Shown here: piece by piece, positions 9,017 to 17,569 of the stretch
Position numbering within the stretch: the first letter of the stretch is position 1
How the letters are laid out: each line of letters opens with the position of its first letter
Assembly (NCBI GenBank): GCA_017470115.1
Contig: JAFUEZ010000004.1
Coordinates: 76,891-140,890, forward strand
DNA from: Bacilli bacterium
GTDB taxonomy: Bacteria > Bacillota_I > Bacilli_A > RFN20 > CAG-826
Direction: 5' to 3'
Length of the DNA: 64,000 nucleotides
Notes under the pieces: model-generated
Seen by the model: only the letters and a program-made list of their open reading frames with translations
The model's database searches: none
What the model was told of the DNA's origin: nothing
Position numbers and translations under genes: made by a program

Positions 9017-9892
9017 TTAAGCAGCTTTTCCGTATGAGCCGAATGCTTTAAGCAATTCTTCTACTTTTGCTTCAATTGCTTGGCAACCTGGTTTTAATAA
9101 TTTTCTTGGGTCAAAACCTTTTCCGGCTTTATCTAAATCTTTACCAGCTTCAAAATATGTTCTTTCGCCTGCTGCAAAAGCTAATTGTAAATCGGTATTA
9201 ATGTTAACTTTAGAAACACCTCTTTCGATTGCGCTTCTAACCATGTCATAAGGAATACCTGTTCCGCCATGTAAAACTAATGGTTTTCCGCTAGTAGCTT
9301 CTTGAATTGTTTTTAATAAATCAAGATTTAAGCCTTTCCAGTTTTCAGGATAAATACCATGAATATTTCCAATACCAGCAGCTAAGAAATCAACTCCTAA
9401 ATTTGCAATTGTCTTACATTCTTCTGGATCTGCTTGTTCGCCAGCACTAGTGACTCCATCTTCTGAACCACCGATTCCACCAACTTCACATTCAACTGAA
9501 ATGCCTTTTGAATGTGCTAATTCAATAATTTCTTTTGATTTTTGAAGATTCTCTTCAAATGGATAGTGTGAGCCATCAAACATAACTGAAGTATAACCTG
9601 CTTCAATTGCGGCTTTTGCACCTTCATATGTACCATGATCAAGATGTAAAGCAACAGGAACTGTAATTCCTAAGAATTCGACAATATTTTTAACCATGTT
9701 AGCAACTGTCTTAAAGCCACACATATATTTGTTAGCACCTTCACTAACTTCTAAAATTACAGGTGCTTTAGCTTTTTCACAAGCTGTCAAAATAGATTTT
9801 GTCCATTCTAAATTATTGATGTTAAAAGCACAAATTGCATAATGACCTTCATGTGCTTTATTAATCATTTCGGTTGCACTAACTAATGCCAT
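9017..9892 (-). CDS. fba: class II fructose-1,6-bisphosphate aldolase
   Basis: ALHLDHG and LVLHGGTGIP motifs, 291 aa. Confidence 0.93.
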   Translation of the reverse strand: MALVSATEMINKAHEGHYAICAFNINNLEWTKSILTACEKAKAPVILEVSEGANKYMCGFKTVANMVKNIVEFLGITVPVALHLDHGTYEGAKAAIEAGYTSVMFDGSHYPFEENLQKSKEIIELAHSKGISVECEVGGIGGSEDGVTSAGEQADPEECKTIANLGVDFLAAGIGNIHGIYPENWKGLNLDLLKTIQEATSGKPLVLHGGTGIPYDMVRSAIERGVSKVNINTDLQLAFAAGERTYFEAGKDLDKAGKGFDPRKLLKPGCQAIEAKVEELLKAFGSYGKAA

Positions 9893-9916
9893 AAATAAAC
9901 CTTCTTTCTATTAATA

Positions 9917-10321
9917 TTATAAATCTTCACGAGATTTATCGTAGTCAATTGATTCGTCACCATCATCTTCAGGAACGACGATTCCTTCAGATTCACGTTC
10001 TTCATCAGAGTATTCTTCAAGATCCATATTTCCTGTTGTTTCATCATCGATATCAGAATAAACATCATTCATATCAATATGAACTTTTTCATACTTTTGA
10101 CGTGATCTTAAATCCCATTCATTTTCACCTAAGGTAACAAATCTACCATCTAATGACAAATTTGTATAAAAATTAGAAATCTTATCAGCTTTTTCTTCTT
10201 CGCTTAATTCTAATTTTTCACAAACTAAATTGTATAAATCTTTAAATTTAACCGTTGAGCCAGCATCTGTTAATACACTAAATGCGACATCTACCATTGA
10301 TTCGTTCTTATAATTTTCCAT
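9917..10321 (-). CDS. rpoE: RNA polymerase delta subunit
   Basis: N-terminal HARE-HTH-like region (FKDLYNLV...NFYTNLSLDGRFVTLGENEWDLR) plus a strongly acidic C-terminal tail. Confidence 0.85.
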   Translation of the reverse strand: MENYKNESMVDVAFSVLTDAGSTVKFKDLYNLVCEKLELSEEEKADKISNFYTNLSLDGRFVTLGENEWDLRSRQKYEKVHIDMNDVYSDIDDETTGNMDLEEYSDEERESEGIVVPEDDGDESIDYDKSREDL

Positions 10322-10402
10322 AAATTTACCTCGCGTTAATTATAAATAATTAAGTCCCAAATTACCACTTATTTAATATAGTTTTGTTCTCTTTTGAAAA
10401 AC

Positions 10403-10876
10403 TTATAATTTCTCTAATAAACAAACACAATATGATTCGATAGCTTTGCCTTTTCCAACGGGTCCAACACCTTCATTTGTTCCTGCTTTAATTGAGATGT
10501 TTTCTTCGTCAGTATTTAAATGGCTCGCTAACATTTTTCTCATTTCAGTGATGTAATTTTTTAATTTTGGTTTTTCACAAGAAATAAATAAATCAATATT
10601 TCCTATTTTATAACCTTTTTCTTTAAGAATTCTGCTTGCATCGTCTAAAAAAATTAAGCTTGAAACATTTTCATATTTTGGATCAGTTGGAGGATAATGA
10701 CTTCCCAAGTCACCAACATTTAATGCTCCAAATATTGCTTCGACAATTGCATGAGTAGCGCAATCTCCATCACTATGAGATTCCAATCCAAATTCAGAAG
10801 GAATATTAACTCCGCAAAGAATTAAAGGTAGCCCTTCTTTAATGATGTGAATATCTTTACTAAAACCAATTTTCAT
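10403..10876 (-). CDS. ispF: 2-C-methyl-D-erythritol 2,4-cyclodiphosphate synthase
   Basis: IGFSKDIH...SHSDGDCATHAIVEAI...LGSHYP motifs. ATG at 10876 (MKIGFS) lies 1 nt after the ychF stop and is preferred over the ORF-track start at 10912. Confidence 0.9.
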   Translation of the reverse strand: MKIGFSKDIHIIKEGLPLILCGVNIPSEFGLESHSDGDCATHAIVEAIFGALNVGDLGSHYPPTDPKYENVSSLIFLDDASRILKEKGYKIGNIDLFISCEKPKLKNYITEMRKMLASHLNTDEENISIKAGTNEGVGPVGKGKAIESYCVCLLEKL

Positions 10877-10877
10877 A

Positions 10878-11981
10878 TTAAACGTTAAATCTAAAGAAGA
10901 AAATATCGCCATCTTTTGCTACGTATTCTTTTCCTTCGATTCTTACCTTTCCGGCCTCTTTCAAAGCTTGCTCAGTCTTATAAGTCATAATATCTTGATA
11001 AGTATAGACTTCTGCTTTAATGAAGCCTTTTTTAAAATCAGTATGAATAATTCCAGCGCAATCAGGAGCTAACATTCCATTTTTAAATGTCCGAGCTCTA
11101 ACTTCATCAGCCCCAACTGTAAAGAAAGTTGATAAATTTAACAATTTATAAGCACTTGTGACTAAGAGATCAAGTCCGCTTTGCTCAACACCTAAACTAT
11201 CTAAGAAATCTTTCTTTTCTTCTTTAGAATAAGTGGCAAGTTCGGCTTCAACTTGGCAACAAATTGGTATGCATTGCGAATTCTCTTTTGTTGCATAATC
11301 AAGCACTTTTTTGTAATTTTCACAATTTTGAATATCAGCCAACTCTGCATCACTAACGTTTGCAACATAAATTATTGGTTTAAGTGTTAAGAAATTAAAA
11401 TTCTTAACAATCTTTTGCTCGTCATCATTGAGCGAGATTCCTCTTAATGCTTCGCCTTTTTGTAACTTGTCCTTAAATTTTATTAATAAATTTACTTCTG
11501 CAAGCGCCTCTTTATCTTTTGAAATTCTTGCTTTATTCTCAATTTTTCCAAGTCTATTAGAACATGTATCAAGATCGGCCATAACAAGTTCTAAATTAAT
11601 TATTTCAATGTCTCTAATTGGGTCGACTGAATTTTCAACGTGAATAATTTCACTATCTTCAAAACATCTAACAACTTCGATGATTGCATCAGTATCTCTT
11701 ATATGTGATAAAAATTGGTTTCCTAGACCTTCACCTTTACTTGCCCCTTTTACCAATCCAGCTATGTCGCAGAATTCAAAAGTTGTATAAATTGTTTTTC
11801 TAGGATTAAAAAGCTTAGATAAATTATCAACTCTTTCATCAGGAACTAGAACAGTGCCGACATTAGGATTAATAGTTGCAAAAGGATAGTTAGCAGCTTC
11901 AACAGAACTATTTGTTATTGCGTTAAATAATGTCGATTTCCCAACATTTGGTAATCCAACAATTCCTGCTTTCAATCCCAT
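10878..11981 (-). CDS. ychF: ribosome-binding ATPase YchF
   Basis: GLPNVGKST P-loop, 367 aa, C-terminal TGS-like KGFIKAEV motif. Confidence 0.95.
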   Translation of the reverse strand: MGLKAGIVGLPNVGKSTLFNAITNSSVEAANYPFATINPNVGTVLVPDERVDNLSKLFNPRKTIYTTFEFCDIAGLVKGASKGEGLGNQFLSHIRDTDAIIEVVRCFEDSEIIHVENSVDPIRDIEIINLELVMADLDTCSNRLGKIENKARISKDKEALAEVNLLIKFKDKLQKGEALRGISLNDDEQKIVKNFNFLTLKPIIYVANVSDAELADIQNCENYKKVLDYATKENSQCIPICCQVEAELATYSKEEKKDFLDSLGVEQSGLDLLVTSAYKLLNLSTFFTVGADEVRARTFKNGMLAPDCAGIIHTDFKKGFIKAEVYTYQDIMTYKTEQALKEAGKVRIEGKEYVAKDGDIFFFRFNV

Positions 11982-12047
11982 AATATAACTCCTTCAAATC
12001 TTGATTATTATAAAATAAACGACTAGAAAAATCATTAAAAAGTATTT

Positions 12048-14834
12048 TTAATGAATTTCATTCACTATATTAACATTTTTAATTTCTTTATAAGCTCCAA
12101 ATGATGAAATTACAAATATTAGCATTATTAAGAAAAAGTTGAAAATGATTGATAGAGGTGAAAATATCACTAAATTCGAAACCCCTAATGAAGACATAAA
12201 AAGTTTCTCACCAACTAAAGAGATTATAATTAGTGAAATAACACTAACAAAATAAGATACTCCAACCGTAATTCCATTTTCTAGAAAAAACATTTTCATT
12301 ACTTCTTTATTTGAAAATCCTAAGACTTTGAAAATTGAAATTTCTCTTCTCTGCTCAACTGCAGATATCAAAGTAATAATGAATAATAAAATAACGGATG
12401 AAATAATACTTATAATACTAAAAGCAATTAACAGGTATTTTAAAAATTGGGTTGATTCATTAATAGATTTTTCAATCTCATGTAACGGATTAGAAAGCTC
12501 ATAATTTGTAAAATAAGAATTGAAATTTTCAATTTCGTGCTGATTTAGCGGCTTTTTTGTTTCAAATATGATGGATATTGGAATTAAATTAAATGAAGAA
12601 ATTTTAAAGAAATCTCTAAATAACGATATTGAAAATTCTGGTTTTTGATATATCGAAACACCATCATCGGTTTCGACAACACCTTTAATTATCAGTTTTA
12701 TAGTTTCAAATTTGTTATTCACCTTACCATTAAAATAATTTGAACTTTTCAATAAGGTGGCATATATTTCTTTGCCTTCACAAGAATTATCATTAAGAGT
12801 TCTTTGAAATCCCTTGCTTACGACAATCTCATTTGGTTTTAGCTCTTCTTTTCCCTTATAAACTTTTAGACGAAGATTGCTTGAATTAGCTTTTAAAGCA
12901 TAGCCGTCAACAATTCCTTTAGGTACGACAATATTATTTAAATCTTTTTCTTCAACTTTTGAGTAGGCATCTATTATACTTTCGTTCTTTTCCAAATCCA
13001 AAGAAAAGAAAATCCTTTTTGCAAATCCCGAAAAAATAGAGGTTCCATTATTAAAATATCCGCTTTGAGATGAAAAATAATATCCATCAAATTCAAGGCC
13101 TAACTCACTTACATGATTAATCATATCGAGCTCGATAGTATCTTTAATCGCATCGTAAACATAAAGCTTATTTGTAACTTTTGTATCGTAAGAACAGTTT
13201 AATGGTGAATAGTTGCTATTATCGCTATCAAATATCAAATTTTTCCGATTATTATCGTATATAATTTTATCTAAAAATTGAGTTTGAAATGCTTTTGTAT
13301 GAATATAAAACACCTTCTTCATCACCCAAGGATATCTTTCTATTCTTGTTGGCGAATAAGATACTGGCATTCTCATTCGATCTTCAAATAAAACTTCATT
13401 AAAGAGTGGATTAGTATGATAGACCCTATTTAACTTATCGAAAATAACACCTTTAAGTTTGAATAATTGTTCGTCAGCATAATTCCATGTCTTATTTCTC
13501 AATTGAAGCGTTAAATAAACATCATTATTCAATAAGTATTCACCAAGTGTTTCAAACCCCCTCATAATTTGTAATTGCAGACACATATCTTTCATTTGTT
13601 CATAAGATAAAGAAAGCACAACTTCATCATCATTTAATTGACTAGTTATTCTAGGATATGTTTCAAATTCATTGAAATCTTTTGTATATATAAACTCATT
13701 AAATATTCTTAAGCTATAACCAGGGATTTTTCTTAAGAAGCCTCTAACATTTAAATACAAATCATTAGCATCACAAAAATTATTTTCGAAATCAACCAAG
13801 TAGTTACATCCATAATAATCAATGTCGTTTGAATATACTTTTGTTAATGCAAATACATCTTTTTTTGATGTAGAATTGTAATCTAATATGGCGTTTCTGC
13901 AGGGTTTTTTGTTTAAAATCACAGTTTTCGAATCAATTATTGAGCCAAAAGAATTCATCAAAGAATCATGAACTCCCGATGATAATGATAAAGAAATTCC
14001 TGTAGTGATAAGTGAGATAACTACTAAACCAATCCTAATTAAAGTTCTAACTTTCTGCACTTTCAACTTACTAAATATATGTTTAAAAAGGTATCTAATT
14101 TTTAATAATGCATTCGGTTTTTTATTTATGATTTTTGCTAACATAAATTGATGAATTAGGGTGTCATCCTTATTTTTATAAACTTCGATCTTTTTATTAT
14201 TAAATTTCAAAACAAAGTCACCATATTTAAATGCGTTTTCTTCATCGTGAGTTACACAGATTACTATCGCATCTTTCGATATACTTTTAAGTATTTTAAA
14301 AATATTATCAGTATTTATAGTGTCTAATGAACCTGTGGGCTCATCACAAAATATTACTTTTGGTGAAGCGATAATCGCTCTAGCGATTGCAACTCTTTGT
14401 TTTTCACCCCCACTTAAATCTCTTACATGGAAATCTGCTAACTCTTTTATATCAAGTTTAGTTAAAGTCTCTTCAATAATGATATTTTTTGTATCTTCAT
14501 CCATATTCGAAACAGCATCAAAAAATAAACTAACGTTATTTCTAACGGTATCGTCTTCAAATAAATTGTAATTTTGAAAAATATATCCAAATGATGTTGC
14601 TCTGATTTGTTCTTTATTGGAATTATTCATTTCATCAGCTGGCAGACCATCAATTTTATAGCTTCCTTCAAAAGAATCGTCTATTAAACTTAAAATATTT
14701 AGAAGCGTTGTCTTCCCACTACCGCTTTCACCTAAAATGAAATACATTCCATTCTCTTTGAAAACATAAGAAAAGTCTTCAAAAAGCAATTGATCATTAA
14801 ACGTTTTTCTTAAATTATTTATCTCTAATATCAT
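12048..14834 (-). CDS. MacB-type fused ABC transporter (N-terminal ATPase, TM, ~500-aa extracytoplasmic domain, FtsX C-terminus)
   Basis: Walker A GESGSGKTT, signature LSGGEKQR, Walker B IFCDEPTGSLD, H-loop VTHD. One TM near aa 265-285 and three C-terminal TMs. Confidence 0.85.
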   Translation of the reverse strand: MILEINNLRKTFNDQLLFEDFSYVFKENGMYFILGESGSGKTTLLNILSLIDDSFEGSYKIDGLPADEMNNSNKEQIRATSFGYIFQNYNLFEDDTVRNNVSLFFDAVSNMDEDTKNIIIEETLTKLDIKELADFHVRDLSGGEKQRVAIARAIIASPKVIFCDEPTGSLDTINTDNIFKILKSISKDAIVICVTHDEENAFKYGDFVLKFNNKKIEVYKNKDDTLIHQFMLAKIINKKPNALLKIRYLFKHIFSKLKVQKVRTLIRIGLVVISLITTGISLSLSSGVHDSLMNSFGSIIDSKTVILNKKPCRNAILDYNSTSKKDVFALTKVYSNDIDYYGCNYLVDFENNFCDANDLYLNVRGFLRKIPGYSLRIFNEFIYTKDFNEFETYPRITSQLNDDEVVLSLSYEQMKDMCLQLQIMRGFETLGEYLLNNDVYLTLQLRNKTWNYADEQLFKLKGVIFDKLNRVYHTNPLFNEVLFEDRMRMPVSYSPTRIERYPWVMKKVFYIHTKAFQTQFLDKIIYDNNRKNLIFDSDNSNYSPLNCSYDTKVTNKLYVYDAIKDTIELDMINHVSELGLEFDGYYFSSQSGYFNNGTSIFSGFAKRIFFSLDLEKNESIIDAYSKVEEKDLNNIVVPKGIVDGYALKANSSNLRLKVYKGKEELKPNEIVVSKGFQRTLNDNSCEGKEIYATLLKSSNYFNGKVNNKFETIKLIIKGVVETDDGVSIYQKPEFSISLFRDFFKISSFNLIPISIIFETKKPLNQHEIENFNSYFTNYELSNPLHEIEKSINESTQFLKYLLIAFSIISIISSVILLFIITLISAVEQRREISIFKVLGFSNKEVMKMFFLENGITVGVSYFVSVISLIIISLVGEKLFMSSLGVSNLVIFSPLSIIFNFFLIMLIFVISSFGAYKEIKNVNIVNEIH

Positions 14835-16846
14835 TCTTCTTTAAGTTCCTCATAAATTTTTCTAGACTTAATAACTTTTAATGGAATAAACGCAACTAAT
14901 ATTTCAAATATCAGCATAACCAAGCTAAATATTATAATTGTAAGTGGGTCGGATTTTATGAACGCATTCGTTACAAAGAATTTCCTTACAGAATAATTGA
15001 TAATTGAAATTCCTAGCAAAGAAAACAAAATTCCAAACATAATTCCTAAAATCGAATAGGCGCCTTGCTCAAAAACATAAATTTGATAAATACTATTTTT
15101 TGATGCTCCTAATGTAGATAAAATGGCAGATTCTTTTCTATTCATTAGTGAGGATGAATAAGCTAAAAATCCACATATAAATAAAGATACCAACAGCGCT
15201 ATAAAAGAAAGAATATTAATAACCAAAAATATAGTTTTAGATAAAGCAACAAATGAAGTTGTTATTGAATAGCCAAAATTATCTAAATGAATCTTGTCTT
15301 CTTCAGTGAACTTTTCAATTAATTTATATGCATAGTTTTTGCTTTCTTCATCAAGAGAAAATATGTAATATGAGAAATCACCTATTTCATCAGTGTTTTT
15401 GCTTTCTTCAATTAAAGTGTAAAAACTTATAGGTTGCCCTCGATCATTTGTTGAATTTAGCGCTTCTGTTTCTTTAAATATCTTCTCTATAAAAGAAATT
15501 GGATAATATAAAATCGGTTCATTCATATATCTAAACTCTTCATTAATTTCTTTAACTTTAATTTCAACAACTCTATCAAAGTTATCGACAATCATTTTGT
15601 TAGAGATTTCGCTGAAATAACTAATTTCCTTTTGTACAGTTAGCGAAAGTGATCTATTTAAAGGAAGGCTTACATTTTGTCTTATATATGATTCATAAAA
15701 AGCATCGTTTACTATAACTTCATTGCTTGAAAGGTCACTCCTATAAATCGGCTTGCACTTAAAATTAGTAAAGTCTAATGAACCATATTTTAAATGCACA
15801 TTCTCATTAAAGAAATAATCGTAAGAATAATTAATAAGGAAAGATTTTCCATCAATTAAATTGTAGACATCGTTATAACTCGGCCTTTTATTCTTCATCA
15901 AATTCAATGGAGAATCAGTAATTTCTTCATAACTAACTTCAGAAACTTTAAAGGATGAATTATCTGTATATGTATTAATTAAATTTATTTTTGATGATGA
16001 AATTGAGCTATTAAAAAACGTCGATAAAAGCAGTAATAAAAACGAAAACCCTGCAGAAATCGAACTAATTATATTTTTTCCACGATTTTTCTTGATATTT
16101 TTTCTTGCTAATTGATAAATAAATTTATCGTTTCTTTTCTTTTTAATAGGTTTTCTTTCGATTACTTTTTCTTCTTTGCGTGGAATCCGTTTTCCTACTA
16201 AGTTGCCATTATCTAATTTAAGATAGCCAGTTTTAAAACGTTTCACATATTTCATATTATGTGTAACGACAATAACAAGCATATCTCTAGAAAGAGCAAC
16301 TAAGTCGTCAATTAAAGAATCACTATTATCTTTATCTAACGCTCCGGTTGGTTCATCACATAGCAAAACCTTTGGATTCCCAATCAAAGACCTCACAAGT
16401 GCTAGTCTTTGTTTTTCTCCACCGCTTAAAGATGATACCATTCGATCTTTTTTATCACTTAAACCATATTTTTTTAAGTACTCATCTATACGAGATTTAT
16501 CATCGATTTGCTTTATTGATAAAACTACACTTAAGTTTTCATAGACTGTCATGTCTTCAATCAAATTGTACTTTTGGAATATTATTGAGATATCATTTTT
16601 AAGATAATTTTCTTTATCTTTTTCTTTTAATTTATAAATATCCTTATCATCAAGCTCGACTGTACCAGAATCAGGTTTCATTAATCCTGCAATAATATTT
16701 AAAAGAGTTGATTTTCCGCTTCCACTTTTTCCAATAATATAAAACAATCCAGAAGATGGGAAATTATAGCTGATGTCGTTTAAAGCTAACATCGATCGAT
16801 CTTTAGAAATCCTAAAAGATTTTGAAATTTTTGTAATCTTCAACAT
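14831..16846 (-). CDS. MacB-type fused ABC transporter (ATPase + FtsX permease)
   Basis: Walker [33 protein letters not shown]. Four-TM MacB topology. ATGA overlap with the downstream paralogue. Confidence 0.85.
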   Translation of the reverse strand: MLKITKISKSFRISKDRSMLALNDISYNFPSSGLFYIIGKSGSGKSTLLNIIAGLMKPDSGTVELDDKDIYKLKEKDKENYLKNDISIIFQKYNLIEDMTVYENLSVVLSIKQIDDKSRIDEYLKKYGLSDKKDRMVSSLSGGEKQRLALVRSLIGNPKVLLCDEPTGALDKDNSDSLIDDLVALSRDMLVIVVTHNMKYVKRFKTGYLKLDNGNLVGKRIPRKEEKVIERKPIKKKRNDKFIYQLARKNIKKNRGKNIISSISAGFSFLLLLLSTFFNSSISSSKINLINTYTDNSSFKVSEVSYEEITDSPLNLMKNKRPSYNDVYNLIDGKSFLINYSYDYFFNENVHLKYGSLDFTNFKCKPIYRSDLSSNEVIVNDAFYESYIRQNVSLPLNRSLSLTVQKEISYFSEISNKMIVDNFDRVVEIKVKEINEEFRYMNEPILYYPISFIEKIFKETEALNSTNDRGQPISFYTLIEESKNTDEIGDFSYYIFSLDEESKNYAYKLIEKFTEEDKIHLDNFGYSITTSFVALSKTIFLVINILSFIALLVSLFICGFLAYSSSLMNRKESAILSTLGASKNSIYQIYVFEQGAYSILGIMFGILFSLLGISIINYSVRKFFVTNAFIKSDPLTIIIFSLVMLIFEILVAFIPLKVIKSRKIYEELKEE

Positions 16847-16850
16847 AAAT

Positions 16851-16920
16851 AAAAACTCCCTTCACTAAATATAAAGAGAGTTACAGGGTATTTTTTCCGA
16901 TATTTTTATCAAAAATTCAA
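16851..16920 (-). repeat. 70-nt conserved leader, copy 1 (SD-occluding, terminator-like hairpin)
   Basis: 57/70 ungapped identity with 45341-45410, first 26 nt identical. Minus-strand hairpin ACTCTCTT-N11-AAGGGAGT followed by TTTTT, then the ABC gene ATG. Confidence 0.7.
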
Positions 16921-16924
16921 ATTT

Positions 16925-17569
16925 TTATACTAATTGTTTCAAAAAATGATAAATTTCTTCATATGATGAAAAAATTCCAAGTGGATCAACTTCTTCTGAA
17001 TAAGTTCTTTTGCTGCCTTTAAACAATATCGATCTGACACCAGCATTTTTAGCTGCTAAATAATCATAAGCAGTGTCCCCAATCATAATGGCTTCTTCTG
17101 GCTTACAATCAAAATTAGCCAAAATATAATTAATCATATCTGGTGATGGTTTAGTTTTAAATCCATCGTTACTTGTCAAAATCAAAGAAAAATAATCATA
17201 AATTCCTTGCATCTCTAAAGATTTAAGAGCCATCTTTTTATTCTTTTGAGTAGCAATAGCTAAAATATATCCTTCTTTTGATAGGCGTTCTAAAACCTCT
17301 TTTTCTCCAGGATAAATTTTAAGATAGTAATCATAATATTTTTCTGTTCTTGCTCTATATTCTTTTAATATGAATGATTGATCTTTTTCAGGAAAAGCTT
17401 TAGCGATTGATTCTTGAATTGGTGGTCCACTAAAAGTTCTAACGACTTCTTCATCTACGACATAATCACTTGGCTTATAAAGCTTAAATAATTCTTTCCA
17501 AGTTTCCAAAAGAACCTTATCAGTGTCGATAAGGGTTCCGTCCATATCGAAGATTAAAAGCTTTACCAT
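16925..17569 (-). CDS. HAD-IA hydrolase (PpaX / phosphoglycolate phosphatase-like)
   Basis: LIFDMDGTLID and GDTAYD motifs. Its position downstream of lgt matches B. subtilis lgt-ppaX. Confidence 0.75.
   Translation of the reverse strand: MVKLLIFDMDGTLIDTDKVLLETWKELFKLYKPSDYVVDEEVVRTFSGPPIQESIAKAFPEKDQSFILKEYRARTEKYYDYYLKIYPGEKEVLERLSKEGYILAIATQKNKKMALKSLEMQGIYDYFSLILTSNDGFKTKPSPDMINYILANFDCKPEEAIMIGDTAYDYLAAKNAGVRSILFKGSKRTYSEEVDPLGIFSSYEEIYHFLKQLV

Noticed and set aside
13895-13909. 15-nt exact match (TTCTGCAGGGTTTTT) to the 27-nt repeat core, inside the coding region of the 928-aa ABC protein.
   Set aside because: The conserved AAAATAATTGAG 5' half is missing. A single 15-mer match in 64 kb of biased sequence is within chance expectation. 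It is kept only as a note.
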